Shown piece by piece: positions 1 through 14,139 of a stretch of DNA of 64,000 nt (its first letter is position 1; every line of letters starts with the position of its first letter). The notes below the pieces were generated by a model. That model ran no database searches and was not told where the DNA came from. It saw only the letters and a program-made list of their open reading frames with translations. Origin of the DNA: Mobula hypostoma. Lineage: Eukaryota. The stretch lies in assembly GCF_963921235.1 (NCBI RefSeq), contig NC_086108.1:26662001-26726000 (forward strand), in the 5' to 3' direction. Made by a program: the position numbers and the translations under genes.

Positions 1-2562
1 TAGAACTGCAAGGGTAAAAAGACCCTGATGGGAGTTATATATAGGCCTCCAAACAGTAGCCAGATTGTGAGCTACAAATTACAATGAGAAATAGAAAATG
101 CATGTCAAAAGTGCAAGGTACGATAGTCATCGGGGATTTCAATATGTAGGTAGTTTGGGAAAATCAGGTTGGTACTGATTTTGAATGCCGAAAGAGAATT
201 TAAAGAATGCCTATGAGATGGCCTTTTAGAACAGTTTAAGGTTGAGCCCACTAGGGGATCAGCTATTCTCAATTGCAAGGTGTGTAATGAATCACATTTG
301 ATTAGAGAGCTTAAGGTAAAGGATCCCTTAGCAGTGATCATAATATGATATAATTCACTCTGCAATTTGAGAGGGCAAAGCTGAAGTCGGAGGTATCATT
401 ATTTCAGTAGAGTAAAGGGGATTACAAAGGCATGAGAGAGGAGCTGGGCAAAGTTGATTGGAAGGAGACACTAGTACGGATAATGGTAGAGCAGCAATGG
501 CTAAAGTTTCTGGGAGCATATTGGACAGTGCAGAATAGATACGTCCCAAAGAAGAAGTATTCTAATGACAGGATGACACATCTGTGGCTGATAAGGGAAG
601 TCAAAGTCAAAATAAAAGGAAAAGAGAGAATATATAATACTGCAAAAACTAATGGGAAGTTAGAAGATTAGGATGATTTAAAAAAAGCACCAGAAGGTAA
701 ATAAGAAAGCTGTAAGGAGGGAAAATAAGAAATATGAAGGTAAGCTAGCCAATATTATTAGAGAAGATATCAAGTTTTTTTCACGCATATGAAGAGTAAA
801 AGAGAGGTAAGAGTAGATATTGGACAACTGGAAAATGACACTGGAAAGTCAGTAATGGGAGACAAGGAAATAGTGGATGAACTGATTAAGTATTTTGCAT
901 CAGTATTCACTGTGGAAGAGACGAGCAATATGCCATATGTTTGAGAGTGTCCGGGGGCAGAAGTGAGTGCAGTTGTTACTACTAGGGAGAATGTGCTTGG
1001 GAAGCTGCAAGGTTTGAAGGTAGGTAAGTCACCTGGATCAGCTGGACTACACCTGAGGGTTCCGAAAGAAGTAGCTGAAGAAATTGTGTTGGCACTGGTA
1101 ATGATCTTTCAAGAATCACCACATTCCAGCATAATTCCAGAGGACTGGAAAATTGCTAACGTCACTTCCAGTCTTCAAGAAGGGAGGGAGGCAGAAGGAA
1201 GAAAATTATATGCCAGTTAGTCTGATTGGGAAGACGTTGGAGTTGATTGTTAAGGATGAGGTTTCTGGGCATTTGGGGGCACATGATAACATAGGCTAGA
1301 GTCAGCATGGTTTCCTTAAGGGAAAATCTTGCCTGACAAATCTGTTGGAATTCTTTGATGAAATAACAAGCAGGATAGACAAAGGTGAATTGGTGGATGT
1401 TGTGTACTTGGATTTTCAAAAGTCCTTTGACAAGGTGCCACACATGTAGTTTCTTAGCAAGATAAGAACCTATGGTATTACAGCAATGATAATAGCATTG
1501 ACAGAGCATTGGTAGATTGGCAGGAGGCAAAGAATGCAAATAAAAGGAGCCTTTTCAGATTAGCTGCTGGTGTCTAGAGGTGTTCTGCAGGGCTGGTATT
1601 GGCACTGCTTTTTATGTTGTACGTCAATGATTTGGATGGCAGAATTGGTGGCTTTATGGCCAGTTTGTAGGTGATATGAAGATAAGTTGAGGGCAGGTGG
1701 TATTGAGGAAGCAGGGAAGCTACAGATTAGGAGAATGGGCAAAGAATTGGCAGATGGAATACAGTGTGAGAATATTTATGGTCATGCACTTTGGTAGAAG
1801 GAATAAAAGTGTAGACTATTTTCTAAAAGAGGAGAGAATTTAAAAATCTGAGGTGCAAAGTGACTTGGGATTCCTTGTGCAGGATTCCGTAAAGATTAAC
1901 TTGCAGGTTGAGTCTGTGGTGAGAAAGGCAAATACAATGTTAGCATTCATTTTGAGAAGACTAGAATATAAAGGCAAAAATGTGATGCTGAGGCTTTATA
2001 AGGCATTGATGAGGCTTCCTATGGAGTATTGTGAGCAGTTTTGTATCAGTATTCTGAGAAACGATGTGCTGACAATGGAGAGGATTCAAAGGAGGGTCAC
2101 AAAAATCATTCTGGATTGAAATCCTGATTCATTGAGGAGCATTTCATGGTTCTGGGCCTGTACTCGTTGAATTTAGAAGAATGAGGGGGGATCTGATTAA
2201 AACCAATTGAATGCTGAAAGACCTGGATGGAGTGGATGTGGAGAGGATGTTTCCTCTGTGGGTGAGTCCAGAACCAAAGGACACAGCCTCAGAATATAGA
2301 GACGTCCATTTAGTGCAGAGATGAGGAAAAATTTATTTAGCCAGAGGGTGGTGAATCCGTGGAATCTGTTGCCACAGGCAGCTGTGGGGACCAGATTACT
2401 GAGTGTATTTCTGACAGTGGTCGATATATTCTTGATAAGTCAGGGTAGAAAGGTTACAGGGAGAAGGCAGGAGAGTGGGGTTGAGAGGAAAATAGATCAG
2501 CCATGAACAAATGGCAGAGCAGCCTGGATGGGTCAAATTCTGCTCCAAAGACTTGTGGTCTT
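1..2562 (+). mobile_element. Degenerate CR1 LINE (endonuclease-RT region and 3' UTR), truncated by the window start
   Basis: Fragmented ORFs with CR1 ORF2 motifs (KSPG..GLH.RV.KEVAEEI..AL..IFQES, EDWKIANVT, VYLDFQK.FDKVPH, RKN.FSQRVVN.WN.LP); many stops and frameshifts. Confidence 0.9.
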
Positions 2563-2569
2563 AAAGACC

Positions 2570-3560
2570 CCAACTCCATGCAGCTTTTCACCATTAAATA
2601 AAAATTCTGTCGCATTCTTATTACGTCAAAAATAGATGACCCCACATTTACCTAAAATAAAACAATTTTGTCCGTTTCCCCTTTCACTTGGCCTGCTAAT
2701 ATTTCGAAATAATATCATGCTTTCATCAATGCTGCCCAATGTCCCAGTACATTCCCCTGTCCCCCCCCCCCCCAACTACTTCTCTCTTCTATATGTGTCA
2801 TTGGAAAATTTCGACATGTAGCTTTCTATCTTTTCACCTTATGGGTTATAATGCATAGTTGTTCCCTGTTCTCTAACATTAAATGCAGTTTGCAGGATTC
2901 AGAAGCTTATCCATCTTGAAGGCTGATAATTTCTTTCACAGCCAATTCCTTTTGCACATTATCTCTAGCAATTATTCTGTATCATTTGCTGGTAATCCTA
3001 TGTTCTCATTTTAGCTACTCTTTCTAAAGCTGCATACAGGGTATTAATGTTCTATCTCTGTCATGCAATTCTGCTTCATTATTAGATGCTTTATCCCTGA
3101 GCAATACTATCCCCATGAACAAGTCTTTTCATCTTCAAATGCTCAGAATTATCTATTCAATTCCTTTGTTATCATCCCTTTCATATTCGCTTTTAGCCAC
3201 TATAATCTTTACACTGACCAACTTCTTCATTTTTATTTCAAAAATATGACCCTTAACTTTCTCAAGCACTTTGTCCCAAATTCACTTTCGACTTATCCAC
3301 ATAATCACAAACTTTGATGCATTCTGTTTTCTGTAACAGGAGTTTAGACTTACTTTGTACTCTCCTTTGAAACTTTTCTGCAACTAATCTGTTATTTCCT
3401 GGCTAATTTGGATCTAATCCCATTTCACAACTCAAACTTTTGACTGTTGGCAGTCTGGCTCTCTTATCTTTCTCTTTTAATGATTTTCTTGTATTCTTAC
3501 AATGATAACAATGTTGTATCGAGATTAATCAGCTACCATCTAAACAATTACAGTAGTTGG
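2570..3560 (-). mobile_element. Very old CR1-like fragment
   Basis: Minus-strand remnants YMSKFSNDT (cf. SKFADDT) and KCGVIYF...EFLFNGEKL (cf. KCEVIHFG..Y.LNG) near 2580-2820; rest heavily decayed. Confidence 0.5.
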
Positions 3561-3674
3561 TCCCATTTTGATTTTCCAGAGCTAATATAACGAGTATGTT
3601 TTGGAGATAGAGCATTATAGGTTTATTGACTGAACTGAGGAGTTTGAGTTGATGGACAGTGACTGTTTCTTCTG

Positions 3675-6600
3675 GAATGATCTTTCAGAGATGTATAAAA
3701 TCATTAGTGGGGTAAATAGGTTAGATAGTCACAATCTTTCCGGTTGTAACTGTCAACGAAAGCCAGCAAAGGGACATGCTGCTGGTAGTATAAAAGACTT
3801 CATTCAGCACACACAAGCTGATAGTATTTGGAATCACTCTGGAGAGAGACTTCCTGATTGAACATTACATCACATTTTTATATGCTAAAGATCAAAGGTA
3901 ACAGCAAGACATTTCTTTAGTGAGAATGCAGTCATAATGCTTCAATTGAGTTACATATAATTTTCAAACACCTAGATCTTCACATCAACATTCCAGTCAC
4001 CCTAAACTGAATGATAATCATCGCTCCCTCTGAGCCTGCATTCATGCATATGCAAACATCTCAGGTAAACAGGGTGTTTCCTGGTTTACAGTCGACCCCA
4101 GTCTGTAGCTCCAAGAGGACCATTGATCTGAGTTGGATTTTAAATTCAATCTGCAATTCACATTCTGATCTGAAGATTGGTTACTGATGAAATTAATATT
4201 TACTATATTCCATAACTCCAGAATATGCCCTAACAGGAAAGACCAAACTTTAAGGAGGATCTAATGAAGTAGAGCAGCAAAAATGCCCTGTGCTTTTGAC
4301 CCTTTTCCCAATTACCTATCATATCTCTATCTGTGTATACATCTACCCTATCATCCCTAATGGACTCTTAGCAGAGCTTGTTCTATAAATTTGATCAACA
4401 GCCTTTAAAATGCAGCTTTGTCATTTGCATACCTGTTGACCCCTTCACTGCTGGTTGCGTGTAGTTTAATCACTCTATTTATCTTCACCCACTCATTCTC
4501 TGATAGCTAAAACTCAGCAGTGGCTATCAGTGGTTACTCTCTAGTCAGGGGCATCAGCAAGTATGTGTATCAGGCTCACAGGCAACAGTTCACACACCAT
4601 ACCATGAACAGATGATTGTCAGAATCTGACCACTACTCTCTGAGACCCTTTCATTGATCTACAGGAGGTGTTGGGGTGGTCACTATTTGATGATTGCAAG
4701 CACCTCACCCAGTGGCACCCTGTCCTGGACTGTCCATTCGATTGCTGGCCCACACTTACATGGCCCAAGTCATTTGTATTCACTCCCCATGCAGGCTGGG
4801 TGACTACCTGTGTATTATCTTCTCTTTCTCAGTCTGCCACACCATTGATGTTATGGAACCTGATGTCTCCACTGAAAACTTGGATCCCCTCCCTTCTATT
4901 TTTTCCCAACACCTTTCTATTCCAATGCATACAATTAATCATCTACCTTCAAGAACCAGCCTTCATTACCGAGTACCGTTACCATTACACTTTAACATGC
5001 CTTTCACAGCTTGCTGTCCTGCTCTCTCAGTGTCTTCTGCATTTGTGTATGCTGTGGGTGTGTTTCTGTCAGATCTGATGCTGGTGTTCATCACTTAGAT
5101 TCACTGCAATGATATGGTTACTGTTTACACGATCTCTTGCTCTGTTTGTGAGGGCAACAAGAAGGTGAGTCATACAGTTTGACCTGAATCCAGTGTTTCC
5201 ACTGGCTATCTTGTTGGGTCTGCACACAAACACAGGTACCATTTGTCAGAAGTACCGCCTGATGTCCTATCCGTCTGGGACCAAACCCAGCTCTCTCACC
5301 ACCATGACCTGAGCACCCGCCTGTGGGAGGACTAGTTTTTCTCCCTCCGACTCTCTGTTAGTAAGATGTTGCTGTTGTTTTGCTTTGTCCCTCAATGCAT
5401 TAACCTGATTACAATGGTCCTTCCCATCTCCATATTGTCTTACAAAATTGGTTCCAGTAATTCTTCCTCTTCAATTTCTGTTATCTGATGTTCTCCTGTT
5501 GCTTCCTTTGCCCCATGAGGTGCTCACTCATTCTCTTTCTGCACCATACTCTCCCCTTTCTGGTGCATCTTTTCTTTAATAACTGCTGTCTCTGCAGGCA
5601 ACTGCACAACTTCTGACAGCTCTTCACTGTGTTTGGCCCCAAACCTTGGGACCTCCTGACATGATTCACAATCATTGCCCCGCCTTCTACCCTGGATTGG
5701 GGCTGCTGTCTACCCATGAGCCATGTTGTCTGGGGGTGTAGATTGTAGATGTTCGCTGTTCCTGTCTTGTCCTTGTTATTTCTCTTTTTCCTGAGTCTAT
5801 AATAGCACCTGCTTTACTTAGTATGTCTATCCCCAGGGGGGAATCCTTATTGTTTGGACACACTCAAAAATCTACAAAAAGCTGCACTCTTCTAACACAA
5901 GAACCTAAGGCTCACTCAACTCGGCCCTCACTTGTTTCGCCTCCTGCACTGGTAATGTAAATCACCTCTCCAGTCAAGGGCAGGGTAGATCACTTATTGA
6001 TACTGATGACCCTGTGTCCACTACTACTTCACATTGCTGACCCCCTAATAAACTACGAGCAATAAAGGCTGCTGCCAGCTGTTTTTGTCTGAACTGATGC
6101 TGACCTCACCAGCACTATAATCTGCATTCATGCATGTGCGGACATCTCAGGTTAATGGCGTGTTTCTTTGTAAATGGGGTGTTTCCTGGTTTGCAATCAA
6201 CCCCAGTCTGCAACTCCAGGAAGACCATTGTTCTGAGCTGCATTTTAAATTCAATCTGCCATCTGCATTCAAATTTGGTTGCTGCTGAAGTTAGTATTTG
6301 CAATATTCCATAACACCAAAATATGCCCTAACATTTCCCCAAGTAGGGCTGTCTAAAACTAGAGGGCATAGGTTGAAGGTGAGAGGGAAAATATGTAAAG
6401 GAGATCTGAGGGTACATAGAACCAGTTGCCACAGGAGTATACCTTGTGTAGGTGCACACAATTTCAATGTTCAAAAAATATTTAGATAGTTACATGGACA
6501 GGAAATGTTTAAAGTGATATGGCCTAAATGCAGAAAAATGGAACTTGCTTAGATGTGCATCTTGGTTGGCTTTAGTGTGTTTAACTCTGTCACTCCATGA
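3675..6600 (+). mobile_element. CR1 3' end fragment split by the LTR element at 3742-6333
   Basis: gagatgtataaaatcattagtggggtaaataggttagatagtcacaatctttcc (to 3741) resumes as tttccccaagtagggctgtctaaaactagagggcatagg (from 6334), a contiguous CR1 3' sequence. Confidence 0.75.
3742..6333 (-). mobile_element. Degenerate internally deleted LTR retroelement (Gypsy- or ERV-like)
   Basis: Direct repeats ~4035-4235 and ~6120-6333, both ending gccctaaca; TTTCC at 3737-3741 and 6334-6338; minus-strand protease motifs VVDTGSSVSI (~6000-6035) and LGIDILSK (~5815-5840); integrase-like QSNGQ (~4730-4750). Confidence 0.75.
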
Positions 6601-6689
6601 TGTCAACTCCAGTTTGCAGAGGATAGACATAAATGAGCTTCTGTTTGAGGCATCAGAAGTCATGGATTTTCTCATAATCTACAATCAAG

Positions 6690-8090
6690 GACCAAAGGTC
6701 AAAGATCAACTTTATTCATCATATATATTCACATGTATTAGGAATTTCAGTGATGTGTTGGAACGACATGAAATAAAAACAAAAAAATCACAATTTTGAG
6801 GATAAAGAATTATATAAAAGTAATCTTTGAGGTTAAACTACGATATCGAATAAAAATGTGCTTAAATAAATACTGTAGCCCCCTCACTGGGCTGATATGG
6901 AAACGGTTCATTAGCCGCTCTGCTAATAGCCACGTGACCCAGCGGTGAGAAGGCCACCTTTCACAGACAATATATATCTAGGGTTGGTATGATTTGAGGT
7001 TCAATCAAACAGGAACGTCGTAATGTACCGATTAACAAAACCTCAATGTGAGTGAATGCTGTGTAAATACTGCCCATACACAATTGTCGGTTGGCAAGAA
7101 ATAACAGATCATATACCATATAAAATTATAAAGAGAGTGTATTTACTAATTTCAGTTTTATCAAAGAGTTATTAAGAGAAAGAAAAGAAATAAAGGGCCC
7201 ATTACAGTTAAACCGGTCTAATGTACACTTGGCGTTGGAGCTCGTATTGTCCAAAAGCTGGTTACTCACGGCACTGAATTCTCATCACCAATCACCAGTA
7301 GAGCTTCCCATCTTGGACACCTTCATCTTGTAAAGCATTCCTCTCAATCTCGTCTTCCTGTTGGTTTGAATCTTATGGCTGTCTCTCCTGATTTTCTCTT
7401 CTCTGCATCTCCTGTCATAAAAGGACACCGAACCCTACCAGTGTCTGTCACAAATCTCTCTCTGCCTAGCTTTCTCTTGAACCTCCTCCCAATTCCACCA
7501 TCCTGATTGGCTGACACAATATTCCTAAGTTAAGCATCATAGCCACTTGTCTTTAGCCAAAACCAAAACATTTTACCAGCAGGACATACTGCTTTTACAG
7601 AAGGCTACTAAAATGAAATACCCACAGAATTAGTAATAGAAATCTTAACCTGGGCATTACAATGCTAGCATTATTTACAATATAAACAACATTACAAAAA
7701 GTAGTTTAAAGTTTTTACAGTGTAGTACAGTGACTAAGGTAATAGATTTGACTAGAATGGTTAATCAGAATAACTGCTTGGGTGAAGAATCTTCTCAGAT
7801 GGTATGAATTTTTTTTCTGTTTTATTAGCCGTATGCCACTTTCCAGAAAGGAGCTTTTGGTCCAGGTACTTTGCTGGATGGGAAGTGTCTGTGATGATTT
7901 TTGTGCCTGCTTCTTTGTCCTAGACACATACAAGTCCTGCAGTGATGATAGATTGGTAAATGACAGCCAAAGACTTTCAGCTGACCTGGCATTTTGCTGT
8001 AGTTTTTACGTATTGAGAGAGGATGCTACACTAAACCAGACAGTAATGGCTAATGTGAAGATGATCTCCATGATGGCAGTGCCCTAGCAC
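6690..8090 (-). mobile_element. Rex1/Babar (L2-related) LINE 3' fragment interrupted by a solo LTR
   Basis: C-terminal motif FLESGIRL...RRFFTQAVILIN (cf. LLPSGRR...SFFPQAIRLLN); 3' tail with minus-strand AATAAA near 6705. Confidence 0.65.
6874..7661. mobile_element. Solo LTR
   Basis: Begins TGTAGCCCC, ends GGGCATTACA (imperfect inverted termini); flanks ATAC / ATGC; removing it rejoins the host LINE tail. Confidence 0.7.
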
Positions 8091-8659
8091 GTTCCAGGGA
8101 TGATGGAATGTTACCAACAACTTCATATTTCCAAAGTTAAAGAATTCCTCAGTAATTCCAGCTTTATCATTCCAAAAACAATGATCTCATGTAGATGAAA
8201 CTTACCTTAACCCAGTGTGGCAGTATTGCAGTCTTTTCCAGATATTTTGGCACCCATTGAACAGCAAGGATGGAGATACTGTGACGTGCCACTCAACAAT
8301 ACCTGATGAAGATATTCAAAATAATGAAGGGCTTTTAGTGAGGTGAATGGATGAATCTATTTCCACTAATCATTGGATAGTGAAAATATAATTTTAAGAA
8401 GTTACCAGAAGAAAAGTTTGCTGATTATAGGATAATAAGGAAATGGAATTCTATACCTGTGGCATAGCAGTGGAATCTATAATTAGCTACAGAAAAGAAA
8501 GTGAGGACATATTTGATAGAAAAATATTTAAATTAATGTATAAATCTTTAACAGAACAACCACGTATAAGATAGCAGTAATAATCTCAGTCTGTGCTAAA
8601 TATATTTTGTTCCTTAATTTGATTGTTTATTATTATTAATTTTTTTCTTCTTTTCTTTC

Positions 8660-9225
8660 CCACTTTCTTGGGACCAGTGATACTTTGCTTCCAGTCTGGC
8701 CTTGTGGGTTTGGAGTTTACAAGTGAGGCCAATGTGAGAACTGCAGACTCTTCGGCAGATGTTTAGGAGGGGGATAGTTTGTGTAGCGTTAGGCACCTTT
8801 CACCACTTACAGAGGGGCATTGGATGCTCCTGATCATAGACTCAAGGTTCTCAATATCATAAACAAATGCTCCTTCCCCACTTTGAGCATTCATGGGCCA
8901 GAAGTACCCAAGAATGATCAAAGATGATGCACCTCTTCATGGGAAGCAAGTACATCTTTGAATCTTTTCTTCTGTCCACTTGGCAATCCCTGCCTATGGC
9001 AGAGCTCAATATATAGTGTTAGGTTTTGGAAATCTTGCGTTGCACAAGCAAACAATGTGTCCTGTCTAAAATAACTGAATGTGCCCGGTGCCTCAGTGCT
9101 AGGCATGTTAGCTTGGGAGGGGATGCTGATACATGTTTGCTTATTCTTCAAGTAAATTTAGTGGATTTTGTGGAGACAATGTTGGTGATCTTTTTTCGGT
9201 GATTTCATATGCCTGCTGTATTACT
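8660..9225 (-). mobile_element. RTE/BovB-like LINE 3' fragment
   Basis: G..SGQKKRFKD.L motif and C-terminal CRRVCSSHIGL..KLQTH zinc-finger-like motif. Confidence 0.7.
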
Positions 9226-12200
9226 GTTTACTACACCTTTGTTGATTCTGTAAGTTCAGAATCAAGCTTTTAATTTCTCTTTTGGAGTTCTCTGCATGCT
9301 TTTTATCTGATCTGTCAGTTCTTTTCACTATTTCCCAGTAAGCAACAGACTTATCTTTTGGTGTTTTAGTTTTGATTAAGTCCCTGGTTTTGAATCCTGT
9401 TTCTTTTGTTCTCATATCAATCTCAGCATTTGCAGCGCCATTCTACAATATTTCTCCTTGATAGAATAAATTCCATTTCTATAAATCACCTGATTTTATT
9501 TTCTGATTTGCCATTCTATATTCTTAATCTGGGCCAGCTCTATTTTTATCTAATTGTAAACTATAAATATTTTGCCAGTAGATTCCAATGCTCCTTTCTT
9601 CACGTTTTCCTTTCCAAGGAGGGAAGATGGTGTCACGTTCAGGTGGACTGGTCACTCAGGATCCAATGGTGTATTTGTTCATCCTGTACATTTTTTTTTA
9701 TGATTGCAAGTCATTGCTGGATGCTAAGAACATCAAGCACTGCAGGAATATCCCACCAGCGAGTTGCTCGATAGTGATGGAGCTGGACGTATTGCGCACT
9801 GTTGTTGTGTTGTCGCCCAGACCATTGTGCCATGTAAATGTGCAGTGAGAGTGATTGTCTTGGGCATTTTTACTGAGTTTGCGAAACCCAGTTGAAAGTT
9901 GGTAATGTAGTACTGAAAATTTGGTTCATTGGTGAGACCGATAGTGGGGAAACTATGTTGCCTTGCTTGTGGCGAGGGTTTAGCTGAAGCCGCAGACTCA
10001 TCTGGTATAGATGTACAGGACAGGAGATGCCAAGGTGCTGTGGGAGAGCCTCTGTGGAGTGTGTTAGAATCTGTACTGGTTTAGGGACAGGGATCTCCCA
10101 TCAGTGCTGCTCTCCAGTATTCATTCGATGGAAGAACAAGCTGGACAAAGAATACATTCATGCCACTCAGGACTAGGGATATATATATATTTTCTTTATG
10201 ACTATATGTTTTTCTGAAATTATAACCATATATGCTATTGGTGCAATGTGCTATGGTAATGAGTGTTACACCTTGGCCATGGAGGAACACTGTTTCGCTT
10301 GGCTTTATTTGTGTATAGTTGAATTTGAACTTCATTCTTACCATTGATCTGTAACATCCCCAGTCTGTTCCACTAATATCTTCAATAAGGAAAACAATCT
10401 CCTATTTCTCATTGAAAGAGCAACAAACCAAAGAAAATCATCTTTAACACAATGAAAATTTAAAAAATCTCCCCTTTCTCAACATTTAGCTGTTCCATAT
10501 TCCATCTGAATTTTTTTTCTCTTTTGGTATAACTGAGATTTCCTCCAATTGTGAATTAATAAATGAGTAGCTTTGAAGTTCTATTCAAAACTTCTTTTCA
10601 TTGTTGAATCATTTTCTGTAAAATCTGGCATTGTGAATGATTTCTTATTTCTTTTAATCAAAAATTGCTTCATGTGTATTTTTCCATCTCTTTTCACATT
10701 GTAATGAAACTTAAAATAGTGTACATTTAAGGCTGTAAAATATCCTCCTCAATATTACATAGTATGATTTATTTTACCTGCAGTATTGTTCACCTGTGAT
10801 CATGTTGAATGACAATGCAGTTTTGTGAGGATACATGGATAGCCTACATCTGCTCCTCTTTCTTACATCCTTGTGTCATCTCCAATGCTATTGGTGCATA
10901 AAAGTTCCACAAAGGACAAAAAGAATTGCGAAGGGATTTCAGCTAAGCTACCACTGGTAGCATCAGAGACTGAGGGGCAGGTTCCTAGAAATGGTTTTCA
11001 ATCAAATAAGTGGTGATTCAGTTTACTGTTAACTAGTTATCTGGGAGTGGATGCAATGAAGCAACAAAACATGGTCAAAAGAGCTAAATACCAGAGGTAC
11101 GGTGAGAGTGATAGCCCTCAACATCAAGACAGTACCTACACCTCAGGGAATGCAGCGGCTCAAGATGGCAGTTCATCACCACTTTCTCAAGGGCAACTAG
11201 GGATGGGCAATAAATGCCAGCTTAGCTGGTGATCCTGTAAATGAATATATTTTTTTTAAAATTTCTAATCATTTGTAATTAGGTCATTGTCATTTAACAG
11301 CATTTTATCTCAATGTGCAATCTCATGACAACATTGGCTGCTGAGACTAATAAGTTAACTTAATGGTGTGCAAACTTTAATTTTAGATTTTTTGAGTAAT
11401 TTTTATAATTACAATTATAATCTTTAGTCACCTAATTATCACACTTTTAGCTGGTCTGCCCTTTCTATTGGAGCCTGTCCTTATCTACCCTAACTCTTCA
11501 AGTTTGATTTAGAATAATCGGACACCGACTATTGTTTACAGTTCAGACTTCTTATTTATTTGATTAACTTTTTGATGTGCTCAATGTCTCAAAACTATGA
11601 TAATGCAGAGGAAAATAACATGACCCTGATTTCCTTTGGAGCAGTTTTTCTCAATCCCTTTAACCCTGATTGGTTCCCCCGTGATATTTTACGGTAAAAA
11701 AAAACATTCATCTGAAGCATTATCCCAGCATCTTGGAAGGAGAAACTTGACATTTTGCCCATGAGTCCTTGATCCATAACCCCTCTACTTAGATACTTGT
11801 TTTTGTGGGAACACATGGCTTGCTTCATCTTAAACATCTAACAAGGCTGCAATTTTATTAAATATTGTCTTTGTCACGGTCCTCCATATTATCTGAATTT
11901 GGTGCTATCTGGAAATGCTAAAATTATACATAGAATTTTTAAGAAGACAAGAAGTAGAAACTGAAGCATGTCACATGGCTTCTTGAACCTAGTCCAATGT
12001 TTTGTAATATTAAGGTTGGTCTGTGCCTCAACTCCACCTTCCTACCACTTCACCATATCCCTTCTGTACCCACAAAAATCTACCAATCTTAGTCTCAAAT
12101 ATATCAAGCAATTGGACATAGCTTCTCAGATTTTCAAAGACTCACGGTGCTCTCTGCAGTAATAAAAAAGTTTTCCCTAACTCCAAGTAAATTGATTGAT

Positions 12201-12684
12201 CCCTCATTGTGAGGCCATCTAGAATTTGGCATCTAGCTTGTCAACCCTTCTCAGGTGAGTGGATCTCAACACAGCCTAATCTTATTCTTTTAAACTCCAG
12301 AGAGTTCAGGTCAAGTTTCCTTGAGCCCTCTCAACCCAAGAATCTAATCTTCTCTGTCTCCAAGTCCTTATTTCCTGCTCCATGGACTGAAACTGACAAT
12401 GAAACTCTTGCACTGATTGTTCATTATATTTATTTTCTAGCTGAATTATTTCATCTACATTTTGTGATTTAGAATTCAGTATTCTTTGGACCACCGAATA
12501 CATATTCTGTATGCTATGTGTTATCTCTTTAAGTACAGCAATCACAGTCATCTGACTAAGGCAGTGAAGATCTTTGAATCCCTCTCTAGTCCACTCTTTT
12601 CCTCTACATATAATAAGTGCTATTACTAAAAGTGTCTTCCCCATTATTATTCCATATTTTTCTTCATGAGAACAAAAGCTCAAA

Positions 12685-13497
12685 GGTTCAATTTAATGTC
12701 AGAGAAATGTATACAATATACATCCTGAAATGTTTTTTTCTTTGCAAACATCCACGATAACAGAGAAGTGCCACAACGAATGAGCGACAGTTAAACATGA
12801 GAACCCCAAAAACCTCCCCCCAGCTCCCCCCCACACATAAGGGACAGCAAGCAACAATTCCATTACCCCCCCCCAGCAAAAAGAAGTGCACCCGCTACCA
12901 AGCACAGGCGTGAGCTAGGCGATAGCAAAGACACAGATTTGCAGTTACCCCAAAAACTATCGCATTTCATCTGGCATTTGACAAACCACAGGTTCTCTCT
13001 CTTCCTAATAAGGGAGAGGGAGGTGTCCCCCATTTTCACAGCGAGCGGGAGACATAACAACAACCTGCTGGTTTACGATGCTAAAAAGTCCATTTCATCA
13101 CTTTTTACGAGCTCTGTGCCTGAAGATCACAAAGATCTCGGGTCTTCGGGTCCACAGCAAAAGATTTTCTGGCCTCCGATGACACGACACACCAGTCTCC
13201 TGCTGTGACACCGACCCTTGACCCGCCGTCTCCAGAGCCCCGAGACCTTAGGCTTCCAAATACAAGCGAGACTCTCAGGCTGAACCTGTGGCATGTCGAA
13301 TAACAATGGCTGGTCCCAAAACCCAGAGAATGGGTCCCATTCCCGCAAAGAACCGAAGTCTGCGTGTAACTCTAAGTCAGGGTCTTCAAAAGAACCCTGA
13401 AAGGGAAAAATAAAGATATTAAAGATGGAAATGAAGCTGTTTCCGAAGAAGCAAGCAAAGGAGTCGCCGTTTAGCGCCATCTTAAGGCCACCTCCAT
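12685..13497 (-). mobile_element. Short non-autonomous element with Rex1/L2-type ends
   Basis: 5' end AAGATGGCG (~13483-13475, minus strand); 3' end ...ctgacattaaattgaacc typical of Rex/L2 tails; no RT coding between them. Confidence 0.55.
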
Positions 13498-13611
13498 AAT
13501 AATGTTTGGCTTTAACTACTTTATGATTGACTTTTAGATCTTATATCTCTTATATGATTATATTATATTATTACATGGTTTTATATCTTTATATCTTTAG
13601 ACTACATTTCC

Positions 13612-14135
13612 ATCAGAATCAGATTTAGTATCACCGGCATATGTTGTGAAATTTGTTAACTTAGCAGCAGTAGTATAATGCAATACATGATATTTTAGGA
13701 AAAAATAAGTAAATCAATTACAGTAAGTGTGCACATATATATGTTCATATTAAATAGTTAAATTAAAAAATAGTGCACAAACAGAAATAATCAAAGTGAG
13801 GTAGTTCAATGTCCATTCAGAAATCAGACAGCAGAGAGGAATAAGTTGTTCCTGAATTGCTGAGTGTGTGCCTTCAGACTTCTGTATCTCTTACCTGATG
13901 GTAACAATGAGAAGAGGACATGTTCTGGGTGATGGGTGTCTTTTCCAAGGCACTGCTCCTTGAAGATGTCCTGGACACTACGGTGGTTAGTATCCAAGAT
14001 GGAACTAACTTTTTGTAGCTTCTTTTGATCCTGTCCAGTAGCTCCTACACCCCCCCCCACCCCCCAATACTAGACAGTGAAGCAGCCTGTCAAAATGTTT
14101 TCCACGGTACATCTGTAGAAGCATTCAAGTGTTTT
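13612..14135 (-). mobile_element. Rex1/Babar-like LINE 3' fragment
   Basis: CFYRCTVENILTGC and HVLFSLLPSGKRYRSLK...FRNNLF motifs; gattctgat-type tail. Confidence 0.8.
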
Positions 14136-14139
14136 AGAT

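Noticed and set aside
8195..8285. Minus-strand exon with donor AAG/GTAAGT
   Set aside because: Isolated splice-like motif with no recognisable product or partner exon
12306..12683. 125 aa minus-strand ORF as a host exon or viral gene
   Set aside because: Loosely follows the CR1 endonuclease pattern; like other A-rich minus-strand tracts (9230-9600, 10400-10730, 11600-11840) it is best explained as ancient CR1 debris, though not proven
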